From positions 3,446 to 67,445 of the forward strand of contig WHSU01000015.1 in assembly GCA_009379925.1 (NCBI GenBank): a DNA stretch of 64,000 nt. Direction: 5' to 3'. Shown piece after piece: positions 27,578 to 36,964 of this stretch. Source of the stretch: Dehalococcoidia bacterium (GTDB lineage: Bacteria; Chloroflexota; Dehalococcoidia; UBA2979). The notes beneath the pieces are model-generated. The model was given only the letters and a program-made list of their open reading frames with translations, did not search any database and was not told where the DNA came from. How positions within the stretch are numbered: the first letter of the stretch is position 1; each line of letters begins with the position of its first letter. The position numbers and the translations under genes were made by a program.

Positions 27578-29494
27578 ATGCCCCTCACCCCGCTGCATCC
27601 GCGCTGGCGGCGGCTGTCTCGGCGTGCCTGGCCGTGCGCGGGCCTCGCCGTGCTCGTCGTCGCCTCCGCCCTCCTCGCCGGCGGGCTCCCCTCCGTGGAG
27701 GCGCAGGGGGTCGAGGTGCTGGGCGATGCCTGCCTGCTGGCGCCCGAGGCGAACGCGTACATGTCATGCCCACCCGCCGTCCTGACCGCGGACGGACCGG
27801 GGACGTTCGCCGCCACATGGTCCACCGGGGCCGAAGCGGGCGCGCAGTACGAACTGGCGGCCAACCTCAGCTCATCGGCCGACACCTCGGACGCCAGCGC
27901 GGTCCTCCGATACGGCTTGGCGGACGGCAGCTACGTGTCGGTCACCGGTCCGGCGCCGGAGGGCGCCGTGGTGTCGGTCCGCGTCGAAGGGCACGCTGAG
28001 GGCGCCGGCGCCACCCTCACCATCGACGCCCTGTTGCTGACAATGCTGCCCGCCCCGCCCATCGAGGAGAGCCCGACCGCCACCCCGACCTCGACGGGCA
28101 CACCCGGGCCGAGTCCGACCCCGTCACCGACGGCGACACCAACACCGACGCCAACGCCGCCCCCGGTCGTCGGCGGGCTGGTGAACGGCGACTTCGGCGC
28201 CATGCCCGCACTGGTCGGATGGACGAGGCGCGGCGGCTCGGCGTCCGTCCGGGATGGCTGGGCCGCGCTGGTCTCCACCTCAGACTCGACGAAGTACCTC
28301 CAGCAGAGTGTGCCGGTGGAGCCGGGCCAGTGGTACGAGGCCGCGGCGGTGCTACAGGTCACCGGCGCCGCTGAGGCCGGGTGGGTGCGCATCGCCTGGT
28401 ATCCCTCGACAGATGGCGGCGGCTCACAGCTCTCCACGGTGGACTCCGAGGCGATGACCGGCGGCCTGGCCGTGGTCACGACAGGCCCGGTGCAGGCTCC
28501 ACCCGGCGCGCTGAGCGCCACGGTGCGCCTGATGCTCCGGCCGTATGGCTCGGTGCACGCCGAGTTGCTGGCCGACCTGGCAACGTTCCTCCCGGCCGCA
28601 GCGCCACCACCTCCAACACCGTCCCCCACCCCGACCCCCACGCCAACCGCAGCCCCCACCGCGACCGCGACGCCGAGCGCGACGGCCACCCCTCGTCCGC
28701 CGCCGGCGGCGACGTCCGGGCCCTCGGGGTTCGTGGGTCCTGCCGGGCCAGCCGGTCCGTCGGGTGGCGCGCTGCCGGGAGCCGGCGCCGGCGGAGCAGC
28801 GACCGAGGCCGGTACGGGAGGCCTGGTCAGAATCACCGAGCTGCTACCGAACCCGACGGAGCCGGGACGCGACACCGACTGGGAATGGATCGAGCTGACC
28901 AACGTGGGCCTCGGACCGGCGTCGCTCGCCGGCCTCTCGCTCCGCGACAACGCCGGGCCGGTCGATCTGCCGGCGATGGTGCTGGCGCCGGGCGCGTCGG
29001 TCGTCATCGCCGGACCGCTGGGCGCCGTCGGCGAGGCAGCGGTGTTCCGCCCGGCGACCGGCCTGGGGAACGGCCTGGGCAATGCCGGCGACCGGCTGCT
29101 GCTCACGGACGCCGGAGGCGAGGTGCTGGACGCGCTCTCCTACGGCGAGGACGTGACGTACGCCTCGTCCGGGCCGGCCCTGCTCTCCGCGCCGGGACCG
29201 GGTCAGTCCATCGAGCGCTGGTTCGACGCCGCCGGCGTCCTGCTGGGGAGCCGTATAGCTCCGCGGCCATCCCCCGGGACGATGCACGTGCCCGCGGGCA
29301 TCGAGGGTGCGTCCGAGGGCTCGACGGCGCTCGATGGGTCCGAGTCGCAGTCCGGCGAGCCCGCGCGCGAGTCGATCGCCAGCGGGACGCCGGACCGTCT
29401 TGGCTGGATCGTGGCGCTGACGTTCGTGGCGGGCGGGCTCGCGGGCGTCACCGCGATCCGCGTCCTGGGCGGCGGCCGCAACCCGACCGTGTAG
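27578..29494 (+). CDS. Surface protein: signal peptide, carbohydrate-binding-like domain, lamin-tail domain, PT linkers, C-terminal TM anchor
   Basis: LVNGDF...GW, VRITELLPNP...EWIELTN, LGNAGDRLLL...DALSYG; (PT)n tracts near 28070-28165 and 28600-28700. Confidence 0.8.
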   Translation: MPLTPLHPRWRRLSRRAWPCAGLAVLVVASALLAGGLPSVEAQGVEVLGDACLLAPEANAYMSCPPAVLTADGPGTFAATWSTGAEAGAQYELAANLSSSADTSDASAVLRYGLADGSYVSVTGPAPEGAVVSVRVEGHAEGAGATLTIDALLLTMLPAPPIEESPTATPTSTGTPGPSPTPSPTATPTPTPTPPPVVGGLVNGDFGAMPALVGWTRRGGSASVRDGWAALVSTSDSTKYLQQSVPVEPGQWYEAAAVLQVTGAAEAGWVRIAWYPSTDGGGSQLSTVDSEAMTGGLAVVTTGPVQAPPGALSATVRLMLRPYGSVHAELLADLATFLPAAAPPPPTPSPTPTPTPTAAPTATATPSATATPRPPPAATSGPSGFVGPAGPAGPSGGALPGAGAGGAATEAGTGGLVRITELLPNPTEPGRDTDWEWIELTNVGLGPASLAGLSLRDNAGPVDLPAMVLAPGASVVIAGPLGAVGEAAVFRPATGLGNGLGNAGDRLLLTDAGGEVLDALSYGEDVTYASSGPALLSAPGPGQSIERWFDAAGVLLGSRIAPRPSPGTMHVPAGIEGASEGSTALDGSESQSGEPARESIASGTPDRLGWIVALTFVAGGLAGVTAIRVLGGGRNPTV

Positions 29495-29549
29495 CCGGTC
29501 GAAGCTCCCGGGCGCCCTCGGTACACTGGAGGGAGCGAAGGGCGGTCGC

Positions 29550-30485
29550 ATGCCTCACACCCTGCTGCTCGCGGCGCCTCGAGGCTTCTGCGCGGGCGTC
29601 GTGCGCGCCATCGACGTGCTGGACCAGGTGCTCGAACGCGAAGAGCCGCCGGTGTACGCGTTCCACGAGATCGTGCACAACCGCTACGTCGTGGACAGCT
29701 TCGAGCGACGCGGCGCCGTCTTCGTAGACTCCGTCGAGGAGGTGCCGGAGGGCGCGTGCATTGTCTTCTCCGCGCACGGCGTGTCGCCCGAGGTGGTCCG
29801 GCGCGCCCAGGAGCGGCGGTTGCGGGTCATCGACGCCACGTGTCCGCTGGTGACCAAGGTCCACCTGGAGACGCGCAAGGCGGCGCGCGACGGCTTCGAC
29901 GTCCTGCTCGTCGGCCACGAGGGCCACGACGAGGTCGTCGGTACGACGGGCGAGGCGCCGGAACGCACGCGCGTCGTGGACTCGCCGGCAGACGTGCGGG
30001 CGCTGGCGGACGGCGGACGGCCGGTCTTCGTCGTGACGCAGACGACGCTGTCCGTGGACGATACCGCCGCCACGATCGAGGAGATCCGCGCCCACTACCC
30101 ACAGGCCGAGATCCGCAACGACATCTGCTACGCGACCACCAACCGCCAGGCGGCGGTGCGGGCGCTCGCGGAGCGCGCCGGCCTGGTGATCGTGGTGGGT
30201 TCCGAGAACTCCAGCAACAGTGTGCGTTTGCGCGAGGTGGCCGCTGCCGCCGGGGCGACGGCCTACCGCGTCGACGGCCTCGAGGAGATCGACCCCGCCT
30301 GGTACGACGGCGTCGAGGTGGTCGGACTGACCGCGGGCGCCTCTGTGCCGGACGAGCTGCTCGACCTGATCATCGCCGACCTGCGTGAGCGCGGGGTCAC
30401 GCAGGTCGAGCCGGTGGTGGTGGCGACGGAAACCGTGGAGTTCCGCCTCCCCGAGGAGCTGGCCCTCCCCGTCATCGAGGCGTGA
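29550..30485 (+). CDS. ispH: 4-hydroxy-3-methylbut-2-enyl diphosphate reductase
   Basis: PRGFCAGV, IVHN, DATCPLV, GHDEVVG, QTTLS, DICYAT, SSNS, TAGAS. Confidence 0.97.
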   Translation: MPHTLLLAAPRGFCAGVVRAIDVLDQVLEREEPPVYAFHEIVHNRYVVDSFERRGAVFVDSVEEVPEGACIVFSAHGVSPEVVRRAQERRLRVIDATCPLVTKVHLETRKAARDGFDVLLVGHEGHDEVVGTTGEAPERTRVVDSPADVRALADGGRPVFVVTQTTLSVDDTAATIEEIRAHYPQAEIRNDICYATTNRQAAVRALAERAGLVIVVGSENSSNSVRLREVAAAAGATAYRVDGLEEIDPAWYDGVEVVGLTAGASVPDELLDLIIADLRERGVTQVEPVVVATETVEFRLPEELALPVIEA

Positions 30486-30512
30486 CCAGGCGGCCCCGGT
30501 GCTGCTGTGTGG

Positions 30513-31190
30513 CTACCGGATCACGTAGCCCACACCGCGGAGCGTGGTGATCACATCACCGGCTCCGGCGGTACGCAGCTTGGAACGCAGGCGCGAGATG
30601 TGCGCCTCCACGAAGTTGCGCGAGCCGAACGTCTCGTAGCCCCAGACTTCGCTCGATAGTTCGTCGGTGTTGATGACCTGGCCTCGGCGTTCCAGCAGCA
30701 GCCGCATCACCGAGAACTCCTTGGGCGTCAGGCTCAAGGGTTCTTCGGAGACACAGATCTCGTGGGAACGCAGCCGCATCCGGATCCCGCAGGGCCCGTT
30801 CAGCTCATCGAGCACGGCCACCTGGCTGGAACGCCGGCGGAGCACGGCGCGTACGCGGCGGCTCAGCTCCGGTAGTTCCGTGGGCTTCACGACGTAGTCG
30901 TCGGCGCCCAGGTCGAAACCCGCGACGCGCTCGGACAGTTCGCCGGCGGCGGTCAGGAAGATCACCGGCACATCGCTGCCGGTGCGGATCTCCCGCATCG
31001 TGTCGAACCCGGACATGCCCGGCAGGCCCACGTCCAGGATGACCAGGTCGTAACCGTCAGACTCCAGCGCGCACAGCGCCTGCTCCCCCGTCCCAACGCC
31101 CTCGGCGTCTGCTCCGTCTAGCTCCAGGACACCAGCGATCGTGTCGCGTACCAATGGTTCGTCGTCGACGACCAGGATTCGCGGTTGCAT
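30513..31190 (-). CDS. OmpR-family response regulator (orphan)
   Basis: ILVVDDE, LVILDVGLP, FLTA, GADDYVVKP, LTPKEF, TLRGVGY. Confidence 0.93.
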   Translation of the reverse strand: MQPRILVVDDEPLVRDTIAGVLELDGADAEGVGTGEQALCALESDGYDLVILDVGLPGMSGFDTMREIRTGSDVPVIFLTAAGELSERVAGFDLGADDYVVKPTELPELSRRVRAVLRRRSSQVAVLDELNGPCGIRMRLRSHEICVSEEPLSLTPKEFSVMRLLLERRGQVINTDELSSEVWGYETFGSRNFVEAHISRLRSKLRTAGAGDVITTLRGVGYVIR

Positions 31191-31410
31191 CGGACCCCCC
31201 ATGGACCTCAGCAGCGACACCTCGGGTCCGGCGGGTGGATCCGCCGGATGGGTGCCACCGAGGGTGTATCCGGGCGGTTCGTGGGGCGCAACCTCTGGAA
31301 TAGACATGCAATACCGTGCCTTCGGGACCGGACGCGGCGCGGCGCGTATATCAATTGCGCGATCGGGTGGGATCGCAAAACCATTGTGCCGCATCCGGTC
31401 GCTGACGTAC

Positions 31411-31474
31411 CCCTGACGCGCGTCAGGGAAGTCCCGAAGTCGGTCTGGCGTCTGACGGGAATGTCAGAATGTCA
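31411..31474. promoter_or_regulatory. Cluster of TGAC/GTCA palindromes upstream of the response regulator
   Basis: Perfect 18-bp CCCTGACGCGCGTCAGGG (31411-31428), TCTGAC-N6-GTCAGA (31451-31468), and GAATGTCA twice in tandem. Confidence 0.4.
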
Positions 31475-31491
31475 CGCTTCGATTATGTCGT

Positions 31492-32283
31492 TCAGAGTAG
31501 CCCGCGCCCCTGCAGGAAGTCGAGCAACAGCGCGTGATACTCCTCCCGCGCCTCCCGGTAGACGCCGTGTCCGGACTCCGCCACGATCTCAAGCCGCGCG
31601 TCCGGCACGTGCCGGGAGATCACCACCGAGCCGCCCGCCCCGGCCACCGTGTCCTTGCCGCCACCGATGACGAGCGCGGGGCAACTGATGCGCTTCAGGT
31701 CCGGCGTCATCGGGTGCTCGCGCAGCCCGGCCGTCGCCCGGCATTCGGCCACGTATGACTCCAGGTGTTCGGGGGCGACATCCGTCCGCGCCCCGACGTC
31801 CGTCACGGTCGCGTGCCCCTCGAAGGCCGGCGGTGTCTCCCGCCCCTCGACCGCCGCGCTTCCGAGGCGTGCGACCTCACCGCGGAGGTACCAGTTCTCG
31901 CTGGCGCGCACGTTCACCTCGCTGGAGGTGGAGTCGAGCACAATGGCCGCGCAACGCTCGGGGTAGTCGATGGCGAAGCGCTGCACCACCACGCCGCCCC
32001 AGGAGACGCCGTGCAACACCGCGCGCTCGACGCCCAGCCGGTCGAGCAACCGGTCGAGGTCGGAGGCGTAGAGCGGCAGCGAGTAGCGGTCCGCTCCGCT
32101 GGAGCGGCCGAGCCCGCGGTTGTCCCACGAGATCGTGCGGAACCGCTCGGCGTACCAGTCCATGTCCTGTTCTTCGAAGGGCCGGCCGCTGCCGCCGAGT
32201 CCGTGGCAGAAGACGAAGGTCGTGTCTCCCTGCCCGCGCTCCTCGTAGTGGATCGAAACGTCACCCAGGTCCATCAACGGCAT
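31492..32283 (-). CDS. Alpha/beta hydrolase
   Basis: HGLGG, DNRGLGRS, GVSWGG nucleophile elbow, GGKD, SGH. Confidence 0.92.
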   Translation of the reverse strand: MPLMDLGDVSIHYEERGQGDTTFVFCHGLGGSGRPFEEQDMDWYAERFRTISWDNRGLGRSSGADRYSLPLYASDLDRLLDRLGVERAVLHGVSWGGVVVQRFAIDYPERCAAIVLDSTSSEVNVRASENWYLRGEVARLGSAAVEGRETPPAFEGHATVTDVGARTDVAPEHLESYVAECRATAGLREHPMTPDLKRISCPALVIGGGKDTVAGAGGSVVISRHVPDARLEIVAESGHGVYREAREEYHALLLDFLQGRGLL

Positions 32284-32400
32284 GCCAGTCCTCCGTCCGC
32301 TTGTGCCCGCACTTCTACGCCGCGGCGGGCCGCACGACAAGCGGCATCGCGTCCGAGGGGCGGCAGACAGCGGCGGGCGCGGTAAGGTCTCGGCCGCTTC

Positions 32401-33264
32401 TCAGTCCGAAGCGCACTCGCGGTCCACGAGGGCCTCGTACGCCTCGCTGAGACGGCGCGTCAGGTCGCCTGGCGCGTTGCCCGACCAGGCGAGGTCGGCG
32501 GTGGGCGCAGCGATGCTGCGCACCGGGCGCAGCCCGAGGCTGCTGCTCAGGAAGACCTCCTGCGCCTCGGTGAGCGCAGCGGGCGCGATCGTCCGCTCCT
32601 CCGCCGGCAGCCCGAGCCGCCCCGAGCACTCCAGCACCGCCTCGCGGGTCACGCCCGGCAGCGGTCCGTCCTCCAGGGGCGGCGTGACCAGCCCGCCCTC
32701 CAGCACGGCGAACAGGTTGGCGGTGGCGGCCTCGCAGACGTCGCCGCGGCGGTTGAGCAGCAGGGCGTCATCGACGCCCGCACGGCGCGCCTCGGAGCGC
32801 GCCAGCAGGTAGGGCACGAACTGCGCCGTCTTCGCGTCGCGCAGCGGGCGGTCCTCGTCGATGCGGACGCTCACGATGTGCAGGGAGACGGGGGCCGCGC
32901 GCCCCGCGGCCAGCGGGTCCACCGTCACGACGGCAGACGGCCACGAGGCGGCCGCCAGGTCCGGGCCGTCCCCGGCGCCGGCGGTCACCGTGAGCCGCAC
33001 CATCGCTTCCGCCAGTCCGTTCGCCTCGAGCGCTTCGGTCACGGCGCGCGCCAGCGCACGATCGGCGGGCGGCCGCACACCCAGTCCGCGCAGGCCGCCG
33101 TCGAGCCGCTCGAGGTGCCGGTCGAGCCGGAAGACGCGCCCGTTGCGCGCCAGCATCGTCTCGAAGCAGGCCGCGCCATAGCGGAACGCGAAGTCATCGA
33201 CCGGCAGCACGGCCTCGCCACGCGGGACCAGGCGTCCGTTGACCCACGCGACCCCGCCTGTCAT
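32401..33264 (-). CDS. pabC: Class IV PLP enzyme, probable 4-amino-4-deoxychorismate lyase
   Basis: YGAACFETM, HLERL, KT, EAATANLF, LPGVTR; coupled to pabB. Confidence 0.8.
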   Translation of the reverse strand: MTGGVAWVNGRLVPRGEAVLPVDDFAFRYGAACFETMLARNGRVFRLDRHLERLDGGLRGLGVRPPADRALARAVTEALEANGLAEAMVRLTVTAGAGDGPDLAAASWPSAVVTVDPLAAGRAAPVSLHIVSVRIDEDRPLRDAKTAQFVPYLLARSEARRAGVDDALLLNRRGDVCEAATANLFAVLEGGLVTPPLEDGPLPGVTREAVLECSGRLGLPAEERTIAPAALTEAQEVFLSSSLGLRPVRSIAAPTADLAWSGNAPGDLTRRLSEAYEALVDRECASD

Positions 33265-34727
33265 CGCGCACCGCGGTGGAGGAGACGGGCGGCGCCGCCC
33301 ACGGACTCGCGGTCCACCTCGGCCGGCCCTTCGTCGGGCAGGCGTACCCCCAGCGCCCGTGCCATGCCGCGCGCTTTGTGCAGCGTCTCTTCGTACTCGG
33401 CCTCTGGCTCCGAGTCGTAGACGATCGCGCCGCCCACGTGCATGTGCGCGACGCCGTCCGACAGTGTGAGCGTGCGGATCGCGATGTTCAGGTCGATGCG
33501 GCCGTGCGCGGAGATGTAGCCGAGGCTCCCGGTGTAGACGCCTCGAGCGGTCGGCTCCAGCTCGTCGATGATCTCCAGCGCACGCACCTTCGGGGCTCCC
33601 GTGATCGAGCCGCCGGGGAAGGTCGCCCGCAGCAGGGCCTCGAGTCCGACACCCGGCCGCCGCTCCGCTGTCACCGTGGAGGTGAGGTGGTGGACCTGCG
33701 CGAAGGACTCCAGCTCTGCAAGCTGCGGCACCCGCACCGTGCCGGTCGCCGCCACCCGCCCCAGGTCGTTGCGTTCGAGGTCCACGATCATCACGTGCTC
33801 GGCGTGGTCCTTCGTACTCCCAAGCAGCTCAGCAGCCAGCCGGCGGTCATCCTCGGCGTCCGCGCTGCGCGGCCGCGTGCCCTTGATCGGCCGCGTCTCC
33901 AGGTGACCACCGTCCGCGAGCAGGAATCGCTCCGGGGACGACGACAGCACCTCCAGCCGTCCGAGTGGCGCCTCGATGTCGAGGTAGGCGGCGAAGGGCG
34001 CCGGGCTCACGCGGCGCAGCCGCTGGTAGACGTCGATGCCGGGCTCCGCCACCAGCGCGGAGAAGCGCTGCGCGAGGTTGACCTGGTAGATGTCACCGGC
34101 ACGGATGTAGGCGCGCGCACGCTCGACGGCCTCGATGTAGCGCGCGTGCGTCATGTTCGCGTGCAGCGGGGCGGTGATGTGCCGCGCCCGCGTGGCCTCT
34201 GTGTCCGGCGTGGCGCCATCCTCCAGGCGCCGTCGCAGCGCGTGTACCGCGTCGCGGCGGCCGACCAGCCAGCCGGCCTCGGCCTCGCCGTCCCACACCA
34301 GCGCGGCGTCGTACCACGCCATCGCGAGCGAAGGGACACCCACATCGTCGAGCGTGGTGGCCGGCAGCCGCTCCACCTCGCGCGCCAGCTCGAAGCCCAG
34401 GTAGCCGACCGCGCCGCCGAGGAACGGGAGGCCGTCCGGCGCGGCCGCGTGCGACGGTGCGTCCTCCGCCTCGACCAGCCGCGTCAGCGTGGTCAGGGCG
34501 CCACTGGAGCAGCGCTGGAGACCGGCGGCGCCCTCCAGGAACACGTCCTCGCCGTACGCCGTGAGGCGCCACCTCGGGTCGCTGCCGACGATGGACCAGC
34601 GGCCGAAGCGGGCGTCCGGCAAGGCGGAGTCCAGCCAGGCAAGCCCGGGGCGCGCTCGGAGCCGCGCGGCGGCGGCGGACGGATCGCACGCCGTCCACGG
34701 CTCGATCGCGGGCTGCCACGAGGTCAC
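33261..34727 (-). CDS. pabB: Aminodeoxychorismate synthase component I
   Basis: WLDS, GDIYQVNLAQRF, SPAPFAAY, SSPERF, PIKGTRPR, MIVDLERNDLG, FPGGSITGAPK. Confidence 0.92.
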   Translation of the reverse strand: MTSWQPAIEPWTACDPSAAAARLRARPGLAWLDSALPDARFGRWSIVGSDPRWRLTAYGEDVFLEGAAGLQRCSSGALTTLTRLVEAEDAPSHAAAPDGLPFLGGAVGYLGFELAREVERLPATTLDDVGVPSLAMAWYDAALVWDGEAEAGWLVGRRDAVHALRRRLEDGATPDTEATRARHITAPLHANMTHARYIEAVERARAYIRAGDIYQVNLAQRFSALVAEPGIDVYQRLRRVSPAPFAAYLDIEAPLGRLEVLSSSPERFLLADGGHLETRPIKGTRPRSADAEDDRRLAAELLGSTKDHAEHVMIVDLERNDLGRVAATGTVRVPQLAELESFAQVHHLTSTVTAERRPGVGLEALLRATFPGGSITGAPKVRALEIIDELEPTARGVYTGSLGYISAHGRIDLNIAIRTLTLSDGVAHMHVGGAIVYDSEPEAEYEETLHKARGMARALGVRLPDEGPAEVDRESVGGAARLLHRGAR

Positions 34728-34803
34728 GGTGGGGACTCGCTCCTGCCCCGGCCAGCATCCGGCGCGGTTTCATTGTAGGCGGGTGGCCCTCTACGCTCAG
34801 ACG

Positions 34804-35244
34804 ATGCGACGGGAGCAGATCCGCACGTGGTCCGCGGCCGGCATCGTGGTGGTGCTCGTCATCATCCTGGTAGCCACGCTCAGCCCGTACGGCAGCGCGG
34901 GCGCCGGTGGCTCCCTCTTCGCGCGCTTCGACGGCTGGGAATACAGCTTCGGGATCGCCCCCCTGGTGGTGCATTTCACGCTGTTCGGCCTCTTCGGTTT
35001 CATGCTTGCCCTGCGCTACGCCTCCAGCGACCTCGCTCTGACCTCGCCGGTCCGAGCGATGTTCATGGCGCTGCTCCTGATCTGGGTGCTGGGCGGGGCC
35101 ACCGAACTGGCGCAGGGCTGGACGACCACGCGCGAACCGAAGTTCGAGGACTGGGTCGCCGACATGCTGGGTGGCAGTATCGGCTTCTTCGCGGGTTCCA
35201 TCGCCGCGCGCTGGGTGCTCAGCCGCCTCATGGCGGCGCGGTAG
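34804..35244 (+). CDS. VanZ-family membrane protein
   Basis: HFTLFGLFG, TELAQ...RE...DWVADMLG. Confidence 0.8.
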   Translation: MRREQIRTWSAAGIVVVLVIILVATLSPYGSAGAGGSLFARFDGWEYSFGIAPLVVHFTLFGLFGFMLALRYASSDLALTSPVRAMFMALLLIWVLGGATELAQGWTTTREPKFEDWVADMLGGSIGFFAGSIAARWVLSRLMAAR

Positions 35245-35265
35245 GCCCCGCCCTCGGCCGGTCAG

Positions 35266-36033
35266 TCACGCCGGGTCGGCGTACACCCGCATGCCGTAGT
35301 CGTTGTAGCGGCGCGCCGGGTCCAGCGACGACCGCGCCGCGATACGCGACACCTTGATGCGGTGTCGCCACGACCCACCCCTCGAGGCGCGGCGCACGCC
35401 CTCAGCCGGCCCGCGCGGGTCGACCACCGGGGCGTCGAGGTAGGCGTCGGGCGCGTACCAGTCGCCGCACCATTCGTGGACGTTCTCGGCCATGTGGTAG
35501 AGGCCATAGCCATTCGGCGGAGAGGAGCCGATCGGCTGAGGGCGGTCCGCGCCGGCGGAGCCGAAGGCGAACGGTCCGCTGTCCCAGGGGTCGTCACCCC
35601 ACGGGTAGAGGATGCCAGCCACGCCGCCGCGAGCGGCGAACTCCCGCTCCGCCTCGGACGGCAGCCGGCAGTGCCGCCCGAGCACCGTGCTGAGCCACGC
35701 GCAGTAGTCGACGGCGTCGTACCAGCTCACACCGGCGGCGGGCGCGTCCGGCCGGTTGAATCGCTCGTCGTCCCAGAAGCCCGGCGGCTCGTGGCCTGTG
35801 GCCTCCAGGAAACGCGCGTACTCGGCGTTGGTGACCGGGAACACCGCGACGGCGAACGGGCCGATGCTCACCTCGCGCACCGGCTGCTCGTCGCCGCGCA
35901 GGGTGGAGCCCATGGTGAACGTGCCGCCCGGCAATTCCACGAACGGCGTCGCCTCCGGCCCCTCCGCGAGCAGGCGCTCGCGGGCGGCGCGTCCGGGATC
36001 AGCGGTGGCCGGAGCACCCTCGATGTCAGTCAC
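35266..36033 (-). CDS. FGE/SUMF1-fold protein (no catalytic Cys pair)
   Basis: FTMGS, VTNAEY, VSWYDA, RLPSEAE, PNGYGLYHM.ENVHEW, RGGSW. Confidence 0.88.
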   Translation of the reverse strand: MTDIEGAPATADPGRAARERLLAEGPEATPFVELPGGTFTMGSTLRGDEQPVREVSIGPFAVAVFPVTNAEYARFLEATGHEPPGFWDDERFNRPDAPAAGVSWYDAVDYCAWLSTVLGRHCRLPSEAEREFAARGGVAGILYPWGDDPWDSGPFAFGSAGADRPQPIGSSPPNGYGLYHMAENVHEWCGDWYAPDAYLDAPVVDPRGPAEGVRRASRGGSWRHRIKVSRIAARSSLDPARRYNDYGMRVYADPA

Positions 36034-36130
36034 GCGGCCATGCTAACAGCCGCTCTCCGCAGGGCCGAGACGGCGGGCACGCGCATTACCGTTGCGTAAA
36101 ACTCTCTGCGCCGTATCATCAGGTGGGAGA

Positions 36131-36148
36131 TCGTTTCTTTCTTCACAA
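36131..36148. promoter_or_regulatory. Partial Rex operator candidate
   Basis: TCGTTTC-TTTC-TTCACAA: right half matches TTGTGAA-N4-TTCACAA perfectly, left half is weak; upstream of rex. Confidence 0.35.
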
Positions 36149-36205
36149 GTGACCATCACACGAAGCAGACCCGCGCCGCATCCGCATTGCCCCGGGGAGT
36201 TGCCC

Positions 36206-36880
36206 GTGCCGTTGGAAATCCCCGACGTCGTGATCGACCGGCTGCCGGTCTACTACCGCCTGCTCTCCCGCCTCGCCTCGGAAGGCCGGGCGGTGGTCTC
36301 GAGCCAGGAACTGGGCGACGAACTCGGCGTCACGCCTGCCCAGATCCGTAAGGACCTCTCGTACTTCGGCCGCTTCGGCAAGCAGGGCCGCGGCTACTCG
36401 GTGAACCGGCTGGCCGAGGAGCTGCGAGTCATCCTGGGCCTCAACACGCGCTGGAGCGTGGTGGTCGTCGGTCTTGGCCGCCTGGGTCGCGCGATCTCCT
36501 CGTATCCCGGGTTCAGCAGTCAGGGCTTCGACATCGTCGCGCGATACGACGCGAGCCCGGACATCGTCGGCACCGAGATCGACGGCGAACTCGTGCGTTC
36601 CGCGGGCGACATCGAGAGCGACCTGCGGCAGCACGCGGTGGACATCGGGATCGTCGCCGTGCCCGCGGAAGCGGCTCAGGAGGTGGTTGACCTGCTCGTG
36701 CGTGGCGGCGTGCGGGCGATCCTCAACTACGCCCCGACGCGTGTGGTGGTCCCGGAGGGCGTGGAACTCAAGCACATCAACCCGGTGCTCTTCCTCCAGA
36801 GCATGACGTACCACCTGAAGCGCGGCGTCATCGAGCGCGACCGCGTCAGCCTCACCTCTAACGGCGACCACGAGAGCTGA
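36206..36880 (+). CDS. rex: Redox-sensing transcriptional repressor Rex
   Basis: IPDVVIDRLPVYYR, SSQELG, QIRKDLSYFG.FGKQGRGY, VGLGRLG, ILNYAP. Confidence 0.96.
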   Translation: MPLEIPDVVIDRLPVYYRLLSRLASEGRAVVSSQELGDELGVTPAQIRKDLSYFGRFGKQGRGYSVNRLAEELRVILGLNTRWSVVVVGLGRLGRAISSYPGFSSQGFDIVARYDASPDIVGTEIDGELVRSAGDIESDLRQHAVDIGIVAVPAEAAQEVVDLLVRGGVRAILNYAPTRVVVPEGVELKHINPVLFLQSMTYHLKRGVIERDRVSLTSNGDHES

Positions 36881-36887
36881 GGGGCCG

Positions 36888-36907
36888 GAGCGGAGCGCGC
36901 TCCGCTC
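36888..36907. terminator. Perfect 20-bp palindrome between the convergent rex and mreB genes
   Basis: GAGCGGAGCG-CGCTCCGCTC. Confidence 0.5.
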
Positions 36908-36927
36908 GTCCTGAGCACGTCGAAGGA
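36902..36927 (+). repeat. Intergenic REP-like repeat arm, copy 2
   Basis: ccgctcgtcctgagcacgtcgaagga; inverted match to 21114-21139. Confidence 0.6.
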
Positions 36928-36964
36928 CTCTCGCCGCGGCTCCCCGCGCGCCTGGGGTCAGCGC

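Noticed and set aside
28070-28700. Repetitive CCGACG/CCCACC tracts
   Set aside because: They encode Pro-Thr linkers inside a CDS.
31370-31400. c-di-GMP-I riboswitch-like GCAAAACCATT
   Set aside because: It is on the wrong strand for the downstream gene, and the GNRA loop and GACGCAAAGC elements are absent.
35266-36033. True formylglycine-generating enzyme
   Set aside because: The catalytic Cys pair after RGGS is absent and no sulfatase is adjacent; called as fold only.
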